This document shows positions 8,558-17,478 of a stretch of 64,000 bases of DNA, piece by piece (the stretch's first letter is position 1; every line of letters begins with the position of its first letter). The stretch is from Candidatus Uhrbacteria bacterium. GTDB taxonomy: Bacteria; Patescibacteriota; Patescibacteriia; UBA9934; UBA10169. The stretch is taken from assembly GCA_016187485.1 (NCBI GenBank), contig JACPJO010000003.1, forward strand, positions 25,587 to 89,586, read 5' to 3'. Both the position numbers and the translations under genes were made by a program. Under the pieces are notes generated by a model, which saw nothing but the letters and a program-made list of their open reading frames with translations, was not told the origin of the DNA and ran no database searches.

Positions 8558-9919
8558 ATGCACAGCAAGATCCCTCTCTCCCCTGCCTACACGAAGAAGT
8601 TGCGCATGCGCGAGGCGCTGTTCGAACCCGCCCAGCTCCTTCCTGTCCAGGAACGTCTGCTTCGCTCCATCGGCAAGTATCGCTACACGGACCTCATCCG
8701 CGCGACGCTTGGCCGGCACCTCAACATGGAGGAGGCATTCGTCGCGATGTGCTACGCCCTTCGGGCCTCCAACGGCTACCTCGAACGCCTGTACCTCTCC
8801 GGACTTGACGATTTCGGCGAAACCGGAAACGTCATGGCGGCGCGGGAGATGCTCTCGGGTCTGGCCATGAAGGAGGCGTGGGCGCATCTTACGCCCTCTG
8901 AGATTGCCGGGATGGTCGCGGCAACCATGATGGATGTCATGCGCTTCCCCGCATACGGGGACCGTGTCTTCGAGAACTGCGGCATGGGAGGGGATCGCGG
9001 TGTTCAGTTCAACGGAGAGCCGTTCCGTCGCAAGACGATCAATGGCTCTACGCTCTCCACTCTCGTGCTGGCTACTCTGCGCATCATCCAGACGGCGAAG
9101 CACGGTTCCTACGCCAACACGTCTGCCGTGGGCTCAACGGACGCTATCGAGCACCTCGGCGTCCGCGTGGACCTGCCGAACGTTGGGGTGCAGAATCGTC
9201 TCGCTGCGCTCGGTTTCCACTTCACCGATGCCCACGCGTGGAAGACGATTCACGATCTCTCTCACGCGGAGCCGCGTCGGGAGACGGTGAACCACATCGT
9301 GGGACCGCTTACGCCCCCGATCCACCCGGACATCGAACTCTTCAAGATCGTCGGCGTGAGCGAGAAGATGCATCCGCAGATCGTCGCCAAAGCCCTTGCG
9401 GTTCTGGGTGACGAGGGGGTCTTCCGCCTCAAGCACGCTGCCGCCGTGTGTGGACTCGAACGCGTTATCGACGTCGAGGAAGTCTCCGTGCACGAGCGCG
9501 TGCGTAGTGTCACGGTCCTCGACGAGCTCTCGCCTATCGCTTCGGCGGTGGCCATTGTGAGGAACGGGGAGTACTGCGGTACGCATATTCTCACGCCGAG
9601 CATGTTCGGCACCGCTCCTTTCAAGAACCCGCTCTCGGTGTTTGTAGAGAATACGGTGGAGCGCATCATGGAGGCAAACCGCACCGCGCTCTCGGGCGTG
9701 GACGATGGAAGGGACCTCGTTCCCTTCCTCGCCATGAATGCGGCGTTCAGCCTCTACCTGGTGGACTGCCTCACGGATGATCCTGTGTCCGAGACACGGC
9801 CGCCGTCCAGGGATGCTCTCTCCACTTGCTACCAGCGCTGCCTCGATGTGCTCCAAAGCGGGCGCGTCAAGCAGTTCGTCGACGGTTACGCCGAGCGGAG
9901 CCAGACGATTCAAGACTGA
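8558..9919 (+). CDS. Divergent anthranilate phosphoribosyltransferase-like protein (glycosyltransferase family 3)
   Basis: NCGMGGD (cf. GTGGD), TINGSTLS (cf. TFNIST), KHGSYANTSAVGSTD (cf. KHGNRSVSS.SGSAD), LDELSP, MNAA; GGAGG SD; extended N-terminus. Confidence 0.8.
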   Translation: MHSKIPLSPAYTKKLRMREALFEPAQLLPVQERLLRSIGKYRYTDLIRATLGRHLNMEEAFVAMCYALRASNGYLERLYLSGLDDFGETGNVMAAREMLSGLAMKEAWAHLTPSEIAGMVAATMMDVMRFPAYGDRVFENCGMGGDRGVQFNGEPFRRKTINGSTLSTLVLATLRIIQTAKHGSYANTSAVGSTDAIEHLGVRVDLPNVGVQNRLAALGFHFTDAHAWKTIHDLSHAEPRRETVNHIVGPLTPPIHPDIELFKIVGVSEKMHPQIVAKALAVLGDEGVFRLKHAAAVCGLERVIDVEEVSVHERVRSVTVLDELSPIASAVAIVRNGEYCGTHILTPSMFGTAPFKNPLSVFVENTVERIMEANRTALSGVDDGRDLVPFLAMNAAFSLYLVDCLTDDPVSETRPPSRDALSTCYQRCLDVLQSGRVKQFVDGYAERSQTIQD

Positions 9920-9965
9920 CGTTCTTTTCTTTCGGGCCTCCACGGGGGCCCTTTCCAAATTGACT

Positions 9966-10781
9966 ATGAATTCTTGTTTGTCACCACAAGTTATTGGGAT
10001 GGTGCACTTTTCCCCTCTGAATGGCGATCCGGCCTATCCAGGTGAAAAGATTCTTTTTGATCGAGCTCTCGCTGATATCCACGCCCTGCAAAATGGCGGA
10101 GTAGATGCCATCATGTTTGAGAATAATTTTGACAACCCAAAGTTTGAAATACTTCCCAAAGAACAGGCAGAGTCTTTTTCTTTACTTGTCGAGCGACTTC
10201 TTCCGAAAGTGAAGCTTCCATGGGGAGTGAGTGCTCTGTGGAATGATTATCGTCTGGCACTTTCTCTTTGCCAAAAGTTCGGCGGGGTGATGGTGCGCGT
10301 TCCGGTGTTTGCCGACCAAGTTGAGACGGTCTACGGGATCTTCGATGGACATCCAGAAGACGTTCTGTCATTCCGGTCGTCTATCGGCGCGGATCATGTA
10401 AAGATTTACGTAGACGTGCAAGTGAAGCATGCACGATTGACACAACCCCGCCCGCTTGCCGAATCCATCGCTGACACTGTTTCTTACCCGATTGACGGCA
10501 TCATTCTTACGGGGTCTTGGACAGGCGATCCACCGTCGGTGGAGGATTGCCAGCTTGCACGCTCTCTCGCTCCACGTCACATGGAAGTACTGACAGGAAG
10601 TGGCATGACGAGTGAAAATATCGGCGCTTTTCTTCCGTACATGCAGGGTTGTATTATTGGGACGGCGTTTAAAGAAGTAAAAGGACCCCAAAAGAGTGGG
10701 CCAAATGTTGTCGGGCCAGAGGTGCGTTACGATCCAGAACGAGTACAGGGGTTTATGCAAAAGATCCGGTGGCATACTTAG
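9966..10781 (+). CDS. BtpA/SgcQ family TIM-barrel protein
   Basis: IGMVHF.PL, GGVDAIMFEN, DVQVKHA, DGIILTGSWTG, GSG motifs. Confidence 0.85.
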   Translation: MNSCLSPQVIGMVHFSPLNGDPAYPGEKILFDRALADIHALQNGGVDAIMFENNFDNPKFEILPKEQAESFSLLVERLLPKVKLPWGVSALWNDYRLALSLCQKFGGVMVRVPVFADQVETVYGIFDGHPEDVLSFRSSIGADHVKIYVDVQVKHARLTQPRPLAESIADTVSYPIDGIILTGSWTGDPPSVEDCQLARSLAPRHMEVLTGSGMTSENIGAFLPYMQGCIIGTAFKEVKGPQKSGPNVVGPEVRYDPERVQGFMQKIRWHT

Positions 10782-10796
10782 CCAAAAGGATAGGAG

Positions 10797-11324
10797 ATGC
10801 ACTTGCAAAAGCTCATTCTCTTTGTCTGTAGGGGGAACATCCATCGCTCTGTGGTTGCCGAGCTTCTGGCGCGCAAGCTTCTTGTGGCGAACGGCCACCC
10901 GGATGTAGAGGTTGGGTCCCGTGGCCTGCAGTGGTACATGGGCGAACCGCCTCGCCATCCAAATCTGATGCATTACCCGTCGGCGTGGGAAGGATCGCGG
11001 GAAGCTCTTGCCGAGCGTGAAGTTGATGTGTCCCGGCACATTGCTCGTCGGCTTGAGCTTGAGGACATGGAGCGCGCAGATGCTGTCATTGTGATGGATC
11101 AGGAACTTCTCCGAGACAGTCCGACGAGTGTTCTCAACCTCTTCCCTTCGTATGGGGAGAAGACGCATCTCTTCTCCGAGCTGATTGACAAGATTCAAGA
11201 TGTAGAAGATCGTGGTGAGTACGCAAGCACGTCCGAGTATCGTGCAGCCGTGGAGGAAATCGAATCGACGCTCGTTTCCGGCCTGCCCCGCCTTCTCTTG
11301 TGGGTCGGTGAGGGTGTTCCTTAG
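10797..11324 (+). CDS. Low-molecular-weight phosphatase family protein (LMWPc)
   Basis: LFVCRGNIHRS P-loop (CX5R), SRG, H.AR, D.VIVMD. Confidence 0.8.
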   Translation: MHLQKLILFVCRGNIHRSVVAELLARKLLVANGHPDVEVGSRGLQWYMGEPPRHPNLMHYPSAWEGSREALAEREVDVSRHIARRLELEDMERADAVIVMDQELLRDSPTSVLNLFPSYGEKTHLFSELIDKIQDVEDRGEYASTSEYRAAVEEIESTLVSGLPRLLLWVGEGVP

Positions 11325-11347
11325 CAATTTTCCATAGAGGTTTTGCA

Positions 11348-12319
11348 ATGAATCTTCCCGCTTACTTCTGGCATGTGCACAGCAATAACCCAAGCGGCGG
11401 GCCCAAGGTCATGGTCTTGGGCGGCACGCATGGGGATGAGCACACGGGACTCTGGGTCGTCCATCATCTGCTCAAGAAGTTCGGCATCGAGGGCGCGCCC
11501 TGCGGTTCGTACCAGGCCAATGGGATGTTGGGCGATCTCTACATCGGGATCGGCAACCCAGAGGCGGTTCTGCGCGGCGTGCGCGGTGTCTCCATCGAGA
11601 AGGACCTGAACCGGTGCTTCGAACCGATGGTCATGGACAGTCCGGCCAACACGTTCCACGATGTCATGCGGGCGCGGGAACTCTTCCCGCTCCTCTGTCA
11701 GATGGACTACCTCTTCGACATCCATGCCGTGAGCAACCCCAAAGCCTCACCCTTCGTCTGCTTCGGCAAGATGACGCCCGAGCACCGGCGGCTGTGCGAC
11801 CTCATTCCGGTCCGGCACATCCTCACGGACCCCGACAACATCCTGCCCACGGACGATCCGGGAAGCCAGATGCTCTCGACGACCGACGCGGTCGTGGACC
11901 GCAACGGCGGGACGGCGATCACCTACGAGACCGGCTTCCAGAGCGATGCATCCAAGCTCCCGCGGGCGATCCGTGTGCTCGTGCGGCTCCTGTGCGGGGA
12001 AGGGGCAGGGGTGATCGACGACCGTCTTGCACGGCACATCCTCAAGGGCGTCAAGTACGTGCGCCCTACGATGCCCGATCAACGCGTGTTCGCGCTGACC
12101 CATTGCCTCGTTGCCAGGAGCACAGACCTCGGGTTCGAGCATGGGAAGAAGAGCATGCTCAAGAACTGGCACCCTGTGTGCAAGGGGGAGCGCTACGGAC
12201 GCTACACGGATGATGGAGAGGTCGTCCTCATTCCGGCGGACGGGTTCATCGTTTTTCCCACGAAGCCCGACCGGATGAAGCCCAACAAGGCGATGGTCTA
12301 CATCGCCCGTGCACTCTAG
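11348..12319 (+). CDS. Succinylglutamate desuccinylase / aspartoacylase family metallo-hydrolase
   Basis: GGTHGDE, IGNPEA, DLNRCF, FDIH, YETG. Confidence 0.85.
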   Translation: MNLPAYFWHVHSNNPSGGPKVMVLGGTHGDEHTGLWVVHHLLKKFGIEGAPCGSYQANGMLGDLYIGIGNPEAVLRGVRGVSIEKDLNRCFEPMVMDSPANTFHDVMRARELFPLLCQMDYLFDIHAVSNPKASPFVCFGKMTPEHRRLCDLIPVRHILTDPDNILPTDDPGSQMLSTTDAVVDRNGGTAITYETGFQSDASKLPRAIRVLVRLLCGEGAGVIDDRLARHILKGVKYVRPTMPDQRVFALTHCLVARSTDLGFEHGKKSMLKNWHPVCKGERYGRYTDDGEVVLIPADGFIVFPTKPDRMKPNKAMVYIARAL

Positions 12320-12428
12320 GGATCCATGATCTCTTTCTCTCCCTCGTCCACGGACGAGGTTTCGACTTTTTACAGCGTTTCGAAAACCCGCCGATGTGCA
12401 GCGGGTAGGACTTCTCTGGCGGCGTTCT

Positions 12429-12872
12429 CTAGCCAAGCCGTTCGAAGTATTGAAGAAATGTACGTGCGTCGCCCTTGCGGCTCGAAGAAAAAAAGCGTCG
12501 TCCATGCCGAGTGTCCACCGCGTAGAGGAGGTTCTGACGGTCGGCGAGCATCATGCGCTGGTAGACGGTGCCATTTGCCACCCGGAAGAATTTATACGTC
12601 GCGAACGTGACAGGCACGCGTTCCTCGAACGCGTGGGCATCCTCTTCCGTACCAAAGCCCGCGCGGACAAGGCGTACTCCCTCCTTCATGCGACTCCCGA
12701 GAAGGTGGAAGTAGTCCGTCGGGAGCGGCTTTGTGAGTTCCTCTGCAAGGTCCATGGTTACCAGAATCTCCTCCCTTGCATTACCAACGAGGGACATGGC
12801 AAGGGAAAGAATCTGGTCTGCCGGAACGCAACAGCGACCGACAAGGAGCCGGCACAATTGCTGTTTAATCAT
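12429..12872 (-). CDS. Hypothetical protein (possible TrmB effector-domain-like)
   Basis: GAGG SD before ATG; AREEILV...RMMLADR pattern is only weakly reminiscent of the family. Confidence 0.45.
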   Translation of the reverse strand: MIKQQLCRLLVGRCCVPADQILSLAMSLVGNAREEILVTMDLAEELTKPLPTDYFHLLGSRMKEGVRLVRAGFGTEEDAHAFEERVPVTFATYKFFRVANGTVYQRMMLADRQNLLYAVDTRHGRRFFSSSRKGDARTFLQYFERLG

Positions 12873-13021
12873 GTGCACCTCGATCCGTGTTTAAGATACA
12901 GGAAGCGCGGATACCAAGCAATCTTCCTCTTTCAGCGTTCCGTGCCGGGCAAGTTATCCACAAAAATGTTTGCGCGAAAGGTGCTTGTTTTGAATACTCG
13001 AGTCCTAGGAGGTGCCAAGCC

Positions 13022-13963
13022 ATGACGGATCTCGGTATTGCTGCATCGGTCGCGGCCAACCAGATGCACGGGGACGATGGAGACGGTCGGATTATTCTCG
13101 CTCACGGCGACATCCGCCCTCTGCAGAGTCAGGTTGAGTCTGCTCATCAGACGCTCGACAACGTGGACCAGATCTTCCCCCTCGAAACGGGGGAAGGGGG
13201 GTCGGCGCCGGTCGAGGTTGATACGTCGGCCAACATGCTCGCGCCTCCGCCCCGCACTGACCCGGAGATCATCCGGCAGCTCTGGGAGAAGGTGAAGGAC
13301 ATGCGACGTCGCCGCCGGGCGCGGATCGATGAAGCGTGGAGGCGGTTGGGTGAGCTCGGTCGCGCGGCAGTCGAGCAGGCCGGCCCGCCTTCGACGGATG
13401 CTGTCGCAGTGGCTCTGCGTGAAATCGTGGGGCACGCGTACGCGGCCGCCGAGGTTACCGAGACGCTCCAGCGCCTGGGAGTGCTCGTCTCGTCGCGGCA
13501 GTCTCTTCTCGAGACCATGCTCTTCTGGCGCCTGTCCGAGTCCGTTCGGACCGAGATGCGCCACCAGGACCTCCTTACCCTCGTGAACGTGTTCATCGAG
13601 GTCGAGGAAGGGTTCCCCTACGCCTGGCCGTTTCAATTGTCGCCGCTCGTGTTCCCCTTCATCTCGGAAGAGGCGAATCATGCCCTCGCGCTCCTTGAGG
13701 GCAAGGCTTTGGCCTGTTGGGCTCCGGAAGGGGACGACGAGCGCGCGCCGGTGGTGCACGACCTGGCGCTTGAAGTGCTTCACGCGGCCACTGTCTGCGC
13801 AGGCTCTTCGCGCGAGGCATGTGCGCACGACCTCAACTGGAGCAACTGGCGCTACGCCATGATGACGCTCAAGCGCTACCCCAAGTACTGGCGACTGTGG
13901 GGCGACGCGCTCCAGTTCCTCTCCGTTCATTTTTTCGGATCGACGCTCCTCGAGAACGTCTGA
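13022..13963 (+). CDS. Hypothetical protein
   Basis: AGGAGG SD before ATG 13022; 313 aa; terminator at 13977-14005. Confidence 0.65.
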   Translation: MTDLGIAASVAANQMHGDDGDGRIILAHGDIRPLQSQVESAHQTLDNVDQIFPLETGEGGSAPVEVDTSANMLAPPPRTDPEIIRQLWEKVKDMRRRRRARIDEAWRRLGELGRAAVEQAGPPSTDAVAVALREIVGHAYAAAEVTETLQRLGVLVSSRQSLLETMLFWRLSESVRTEMRHQDLLTLVNVFIEVEEGFPYAWPFQLSPLVFPFISEEANHALALLEGKALACWAPEGDDERAPVVHDLALEVLHAATVCAGSSREACAHDLNWSNWRYAMMTLKRYPKYWRLWGDALQFLSVHFFGSTLLENV

Positions 13964-14338
13964 CACGACTTTTCTTGCGACGCCAAAAGCGTCGCTTTCG
14001 ACTTTATACACACAGGCGCCCCGTTTTGTCGGAAACTCCTGACAACACTTTTGCGCAAGAATGAGTTGTTTTCGTAACCCTTGTTGGAAACTAATGACAG
14101 AAACTGCTTAGTTTAGCCAAAAAACCATTGACAAAACCGCATTTTTCTGGCGTAATGACACTGTTAACACGCTCGATATGCCCACAAATATATCGAGGAC
14201 CGCCGGCGGTCGGTAATCGCGAGGATGGAGGTGCTACAATCTATAGAGCTCGTGTGCGTCCGTGTGGAATGCTTATGGATGTACATGTGGCCACACGACT
14301 TTTTGGACAGTCCCTTATGGGACAAGCATCTCATCTAT

Positions 14339-14944
14339 ATGATGTCCCCTGAACGTATTGGATATCTACTCCTAGGCCTCACCCTCGCGGCCGCCGTTTT
14401 GTACGGACTCTTCGAGCTTCGGGCCCGTACGAACACACAACCGTCGTCGCAGGCGGAATCGAGAGAGGGGGAGACCCCGCTTCCGCCTGGCGATGAACTT
14501 GATCGGATCTTGGCTTCACTACCTTCGTCGGAACGTTCCACGTTCGATCCTGCATCGATCGAGTGGGTTCCCTACACCGACGGCACGGACAAGTTTTTCC
14601 TCGAACGTCCGCGTGGGTGGGAAATAACCGAGACGGCTCATGCAACCTATCCGGAGGCTCGACGCATTACCGTAGTCGAGGGGCAAGCGGCGTTCACAAT
14701 CTATCCGCGCGGGGAATTCGACTACGGTCTTCCGGCGCGTCCGTCAGCCAGTACGGCGGTCGCGGTAAGTGGACGACCGGCGACTCTGCGTGAGTGGAAT
14801 CTGCCAGATGGGTCTTGGCTTGCTGTTGCGACGCTCGATGAGCAGCCAACCGAGGGATTCCGCATCGAACTCTCGGTTCTGAATCCAAGTCTTGTCTCAC
14901 AGCAGATTCTACGCGAGATGCTTAGTCGCTTTCAGCTTCTCTAA
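14339..14944 (+). CDS. Hypothetical membrane-anchored protein
   Basis: N-terminal TM segment; W..Y...F.L..P..W and C-terminal MLSRFQ pattern like PsbP-related CPR surface proteins. Confidence 0.55.
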   Translation: MMSPERIGYLLLGLTLAAAVLYGLFELRARTNTQPSSQAESREGETPLPPGDELDRILASLPSSERSTFDPASIEWVPYTDGTDKFFLERPRGWEITETAHATYPEARRITVVEGQAAFTIYPRGEFDYGLPARPSASTAVAVSGRPATLREWNLPDGSWLAVATLDEQPTEGFRIELSVLNPSLVSQQILREMLSRFQLL

Positions 14945-15050
14945 ATTTTTCTCCCAGATCTCCCTTGCTTCCTGCCTAGGATAGCAGGGGAGGTCTCCCA
15001 AGTAATTCTGCTTGGGCGGTCTCACGGTGATTCTGTCACTGGAGAGAGCC

Positions 15051-17342
15051 ATGTTTCGTGTTCCTTTCTTTCCTTCCATCCGCTTCCTGCCCCGCGTGTT
15101 CTGGATCGTCATGGCGTTCTTCCTGTTCTGCGAGAACGGCTGCAACCTGAAGAGCGCGGACGACATCGCCGCCCTGCGCGCGGAACATCCGGACGGTGCC
15201 AACACGGGCGGCGAGGACACGGGCCACGGTGAGGACGACGAGTCCCCGCCGCTGCCCGGCGGCAACGACGACGGCGGCGAGGGCGGACCCACCGACGAGT
15301 GGGGGAACCCACTCCCGCTCCTCTCGCTTCCCTTCGAGGAAGGCGACGCACGTCTGTGCACGCAAGGTGCCAACGACCTGCCGACGCACCAGTTCCCCTC
15401 CACCAAGTGGGGGGTGGACTGGGACACGAGCAACACGGTGGACGAACCGGTGTTCTCGCCGGTGCCGGGTGTGGTACACGTGCACGACGACCCCACGAAC
15501 GGGTTCGGCCGGCACGTGTGCGTGGAACTTGACGATGCGATCAACCGCTCCGTCTGTCTGGCCCACCTCGACGCGATTTTCGTCGCCGACGGCACTCACG
15601 TGCAGGCGGGACAGATCATCGGCATCGAAGGATGCACTGGCAACTGCACGGGCGACCACGTCCACATGGGGCTCATGGAGGGCGACCCCTCGGCAAGCGC
15701 CGACGACCTCCTCTCGATTCCCTTCGCGTACCAGACGCGTGACGTAACGACGGATGAAGTCATGGCCTACAGCCTGCCGGTCGAAGACCTTGTCTGCGGC
15801 CTCACGACGGGACATCACTACGAGTCGCAGCTGCGCGCGCCGCGCTGGCACCCCGACGGGGTGCTCGTGCAAGTACCGGGCAGCCCCGACATCTACGTGG
15901 TGGACCAGGGCACGCTCCACCTCATCGAGGACGAAGAAGTGTTCTCGAGCTACAACTGGAAATTCTCGAACGTCGTCCAGATCTCGCCGCGTGAGTTCGC
16001 GTGCTGGGACGTGGGGGAGACCCTCATGGTTCCCGAGTGCTACCGCGCCGCCGTAGATTCGAACGGGATGGCGTGGATGGCCTACGAGTGCGCGGACAAC
16101 CCCGGTCGTTTCCGGCGTCCCGTTCCTTTCCAGCCGGCGGAGGCCGTGCTTGACTCGTGGGGGATTGTCTCGGTGGCGCCCTCCGGCTCCGTGCTCGCGG
16201 CCACGCTCCTCTCCTACCCGGTCGGTGTCGGCCCTGCGTATCTGCGTGACGGCACGATCGTACGAGAAACGTCGAGCGATCAGCTCTACGTCATCATCGA
16301 GAGCGTCGCCATGCCTTTCGACGACCCCTCGGTGTGGGAAGTCCTGGGCCTCTCCCGGCTCCCCGTCATCGTCGTGCCAGACGGAACGCTCGAAAGCATC
16401 GTGCTCGCGACGGGCGACTGCGATGCCTATCAAGGGTGTGTGGACTGGACGCGCGTGCTGCAGTGTGGCGGCTCCATTTCCACCGACTGGGTGGAAGACG
16501 GCGGGACGGGCGGAGACGATCCTCCCGAAGACCCTGCTTGCCTCATGGATGCCGATGGAGATGGCGTGGTGGACTGTGACGACAACTGCCCGCTTCACGA
16601 CAACGCCGATCAGGGCGACGTGGACGCGGATGGTGTCGGCGACTCGTGCGATCCGGATGCCGACGGCGACAGCGTGCCAAACGGCGAGGACTGCGACATG
16701 TTCGACGCGAGTGTGGGCGAGTGCCCGCCTCCGGGCGACGACGATGCCGTGCCTGACGACGATGACGAAACGCCTCCAGCCGATGATGACGACTCGCACG
16801 ACGAGGAGCCGGAGCATCCGCCCGCAGACGACGACGCAACGGAGGACGTGCCTGACGACGACGTAACCGAAGAGCCGACGCCGTCCAGTGATGACGACAG
16901 CACGGATCCGCCCGAGGAACTCGAGGACGACCCAACGCCGCCGCCCACGCCCGACGATCCGCCGGTGATCGAGGGGACCTCGATTCTCGAGATCTTCTAC
17001 ACGCCGCCGCCGTTCCTTTCGCCCTACACCGAGATCTCTCTTTCGGGCGAGTACATTCTGGCGGACGGCTCCTACGGCCTCCTCTGGACGTCAGGACTCA
17101 TGACGATGGTGAACGCCGGAAGCCTCTACTTCCTTCTGCCCGGCGTCGCAAGCGGCGACACTTTCCGCTTCTCCATCGAGTTCTACGATGCGCCCATGAA
17201 CTACCTCAACTGGGCCTGCGTGCCGCCCGCGCCCTACGCAACGGCGGGCACGCTCTCGGCCTTCGTGGACGGCAACCCCGTCTCGATCGCCCTCATCGAC
17301 AACTTTCTCGGTGGTTGCGAAGACTTCGTCATGATTCCGTAA
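15051..17342 (+). CDS. Secreted M23 family peptidase with thrombospondin type-3-like repeats and Asp/Pro-rich linker
   Basis: Signal ending ENGC; H...D (THQ...GVDW), LAHLD, GCTGNCTGDHVH (HxH); DADGDGVVDCDDNCP...NADQGDVDADGVGDSCD repeats. Confidence 0.85.
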   Translation: MFRVPFFPSIRFLPRVFWIVMAFFLFCENGCNLKSADDIAALRAEHPDGANTGGEDTGHGEDDESPPLPGGNDDGGEGGPTDEWGNPLPLLSLPFEEGDARLCTQGANDLPTHQFPSTKWGVDWDTSNTVDEPVFSPVPGVVHVHDDPTNGFGRHVCVELDDAINRSVCLAHLDAIFVADGTHVQAGQIIGIEGCTGNCTGDHVHMGLMEGDPSASADDLLSIPFAYQTRDVTTDEVMAYSLPVEDLVCGLTTGHHYESQLRAPRWHPDGVLVQVPGSPDIYVVDQGTLHLIEDEEVFSSYNWKFSNVVQISPREFACWDVGETLMVPECYRAAVDSNGMAWMAYECADNPGRFRRPVPFQPAEAVLDSWGIVSVAPSGSVLAATLLSYPVGVGPAYLRDGTIVRETSSDQLYVIIESVAMPFDDPSVWEVLGLSRLPVIVVPDGTLESIVLATGDCDAYQGCVDWTRVLQCGGSISTDWVEDGGTGGDDPPEDPACLMDADGDGVVDCDDNCPLHDNADQGDVDADGVGDSCDPDADGDSVPNGEDCDMFDASVGECPPPGDDDAVPDDDDETPPADDDDSHDEEPEHPPADDDATEDVPDDDVTEEPTPSSDDDSTDPPEELEDDPTPPPTPDDPPVIEGTSILEIFYTPPPFLSPYTEISLSGEYILADGSYGLLWTSGLMTMVNAGSLYFLLPGVASGDTFRFSIEFYDAPMNYLNWACVPPAPYATAGTLSAFVDGNPVSIALIDNFLGGCEDFVMIP

Positions 17343-17478
17343 GGGGAACGGACGCAACCACTCTTGCCCCGCCATTCGCGGGGCTTTCGAAATTTAGGAG
17401 GACTATTACTTCGGGGACCGTTCCCTCTATCGTTGTGGAAAGCTTTTTCCCCAGCGGTGCTATAATGAACACCAGAAT

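Noticed and set aside
15036-16817. 593-aa minus-strand ORF
   Set aside because: Antisense shadow of the M23 peptidase gene; no motifs.
16730-16960. Tandem DNA repeat (GACGAC runs)
   Set aside because: Reflects Asp/Pro-rich coding sequence, not a DNA-level repeat element.
1314-17400. Integrative island at tRNA-Trp
   Set aside because: No duplicated tRNA-Trp end and no integrase seen in the window.
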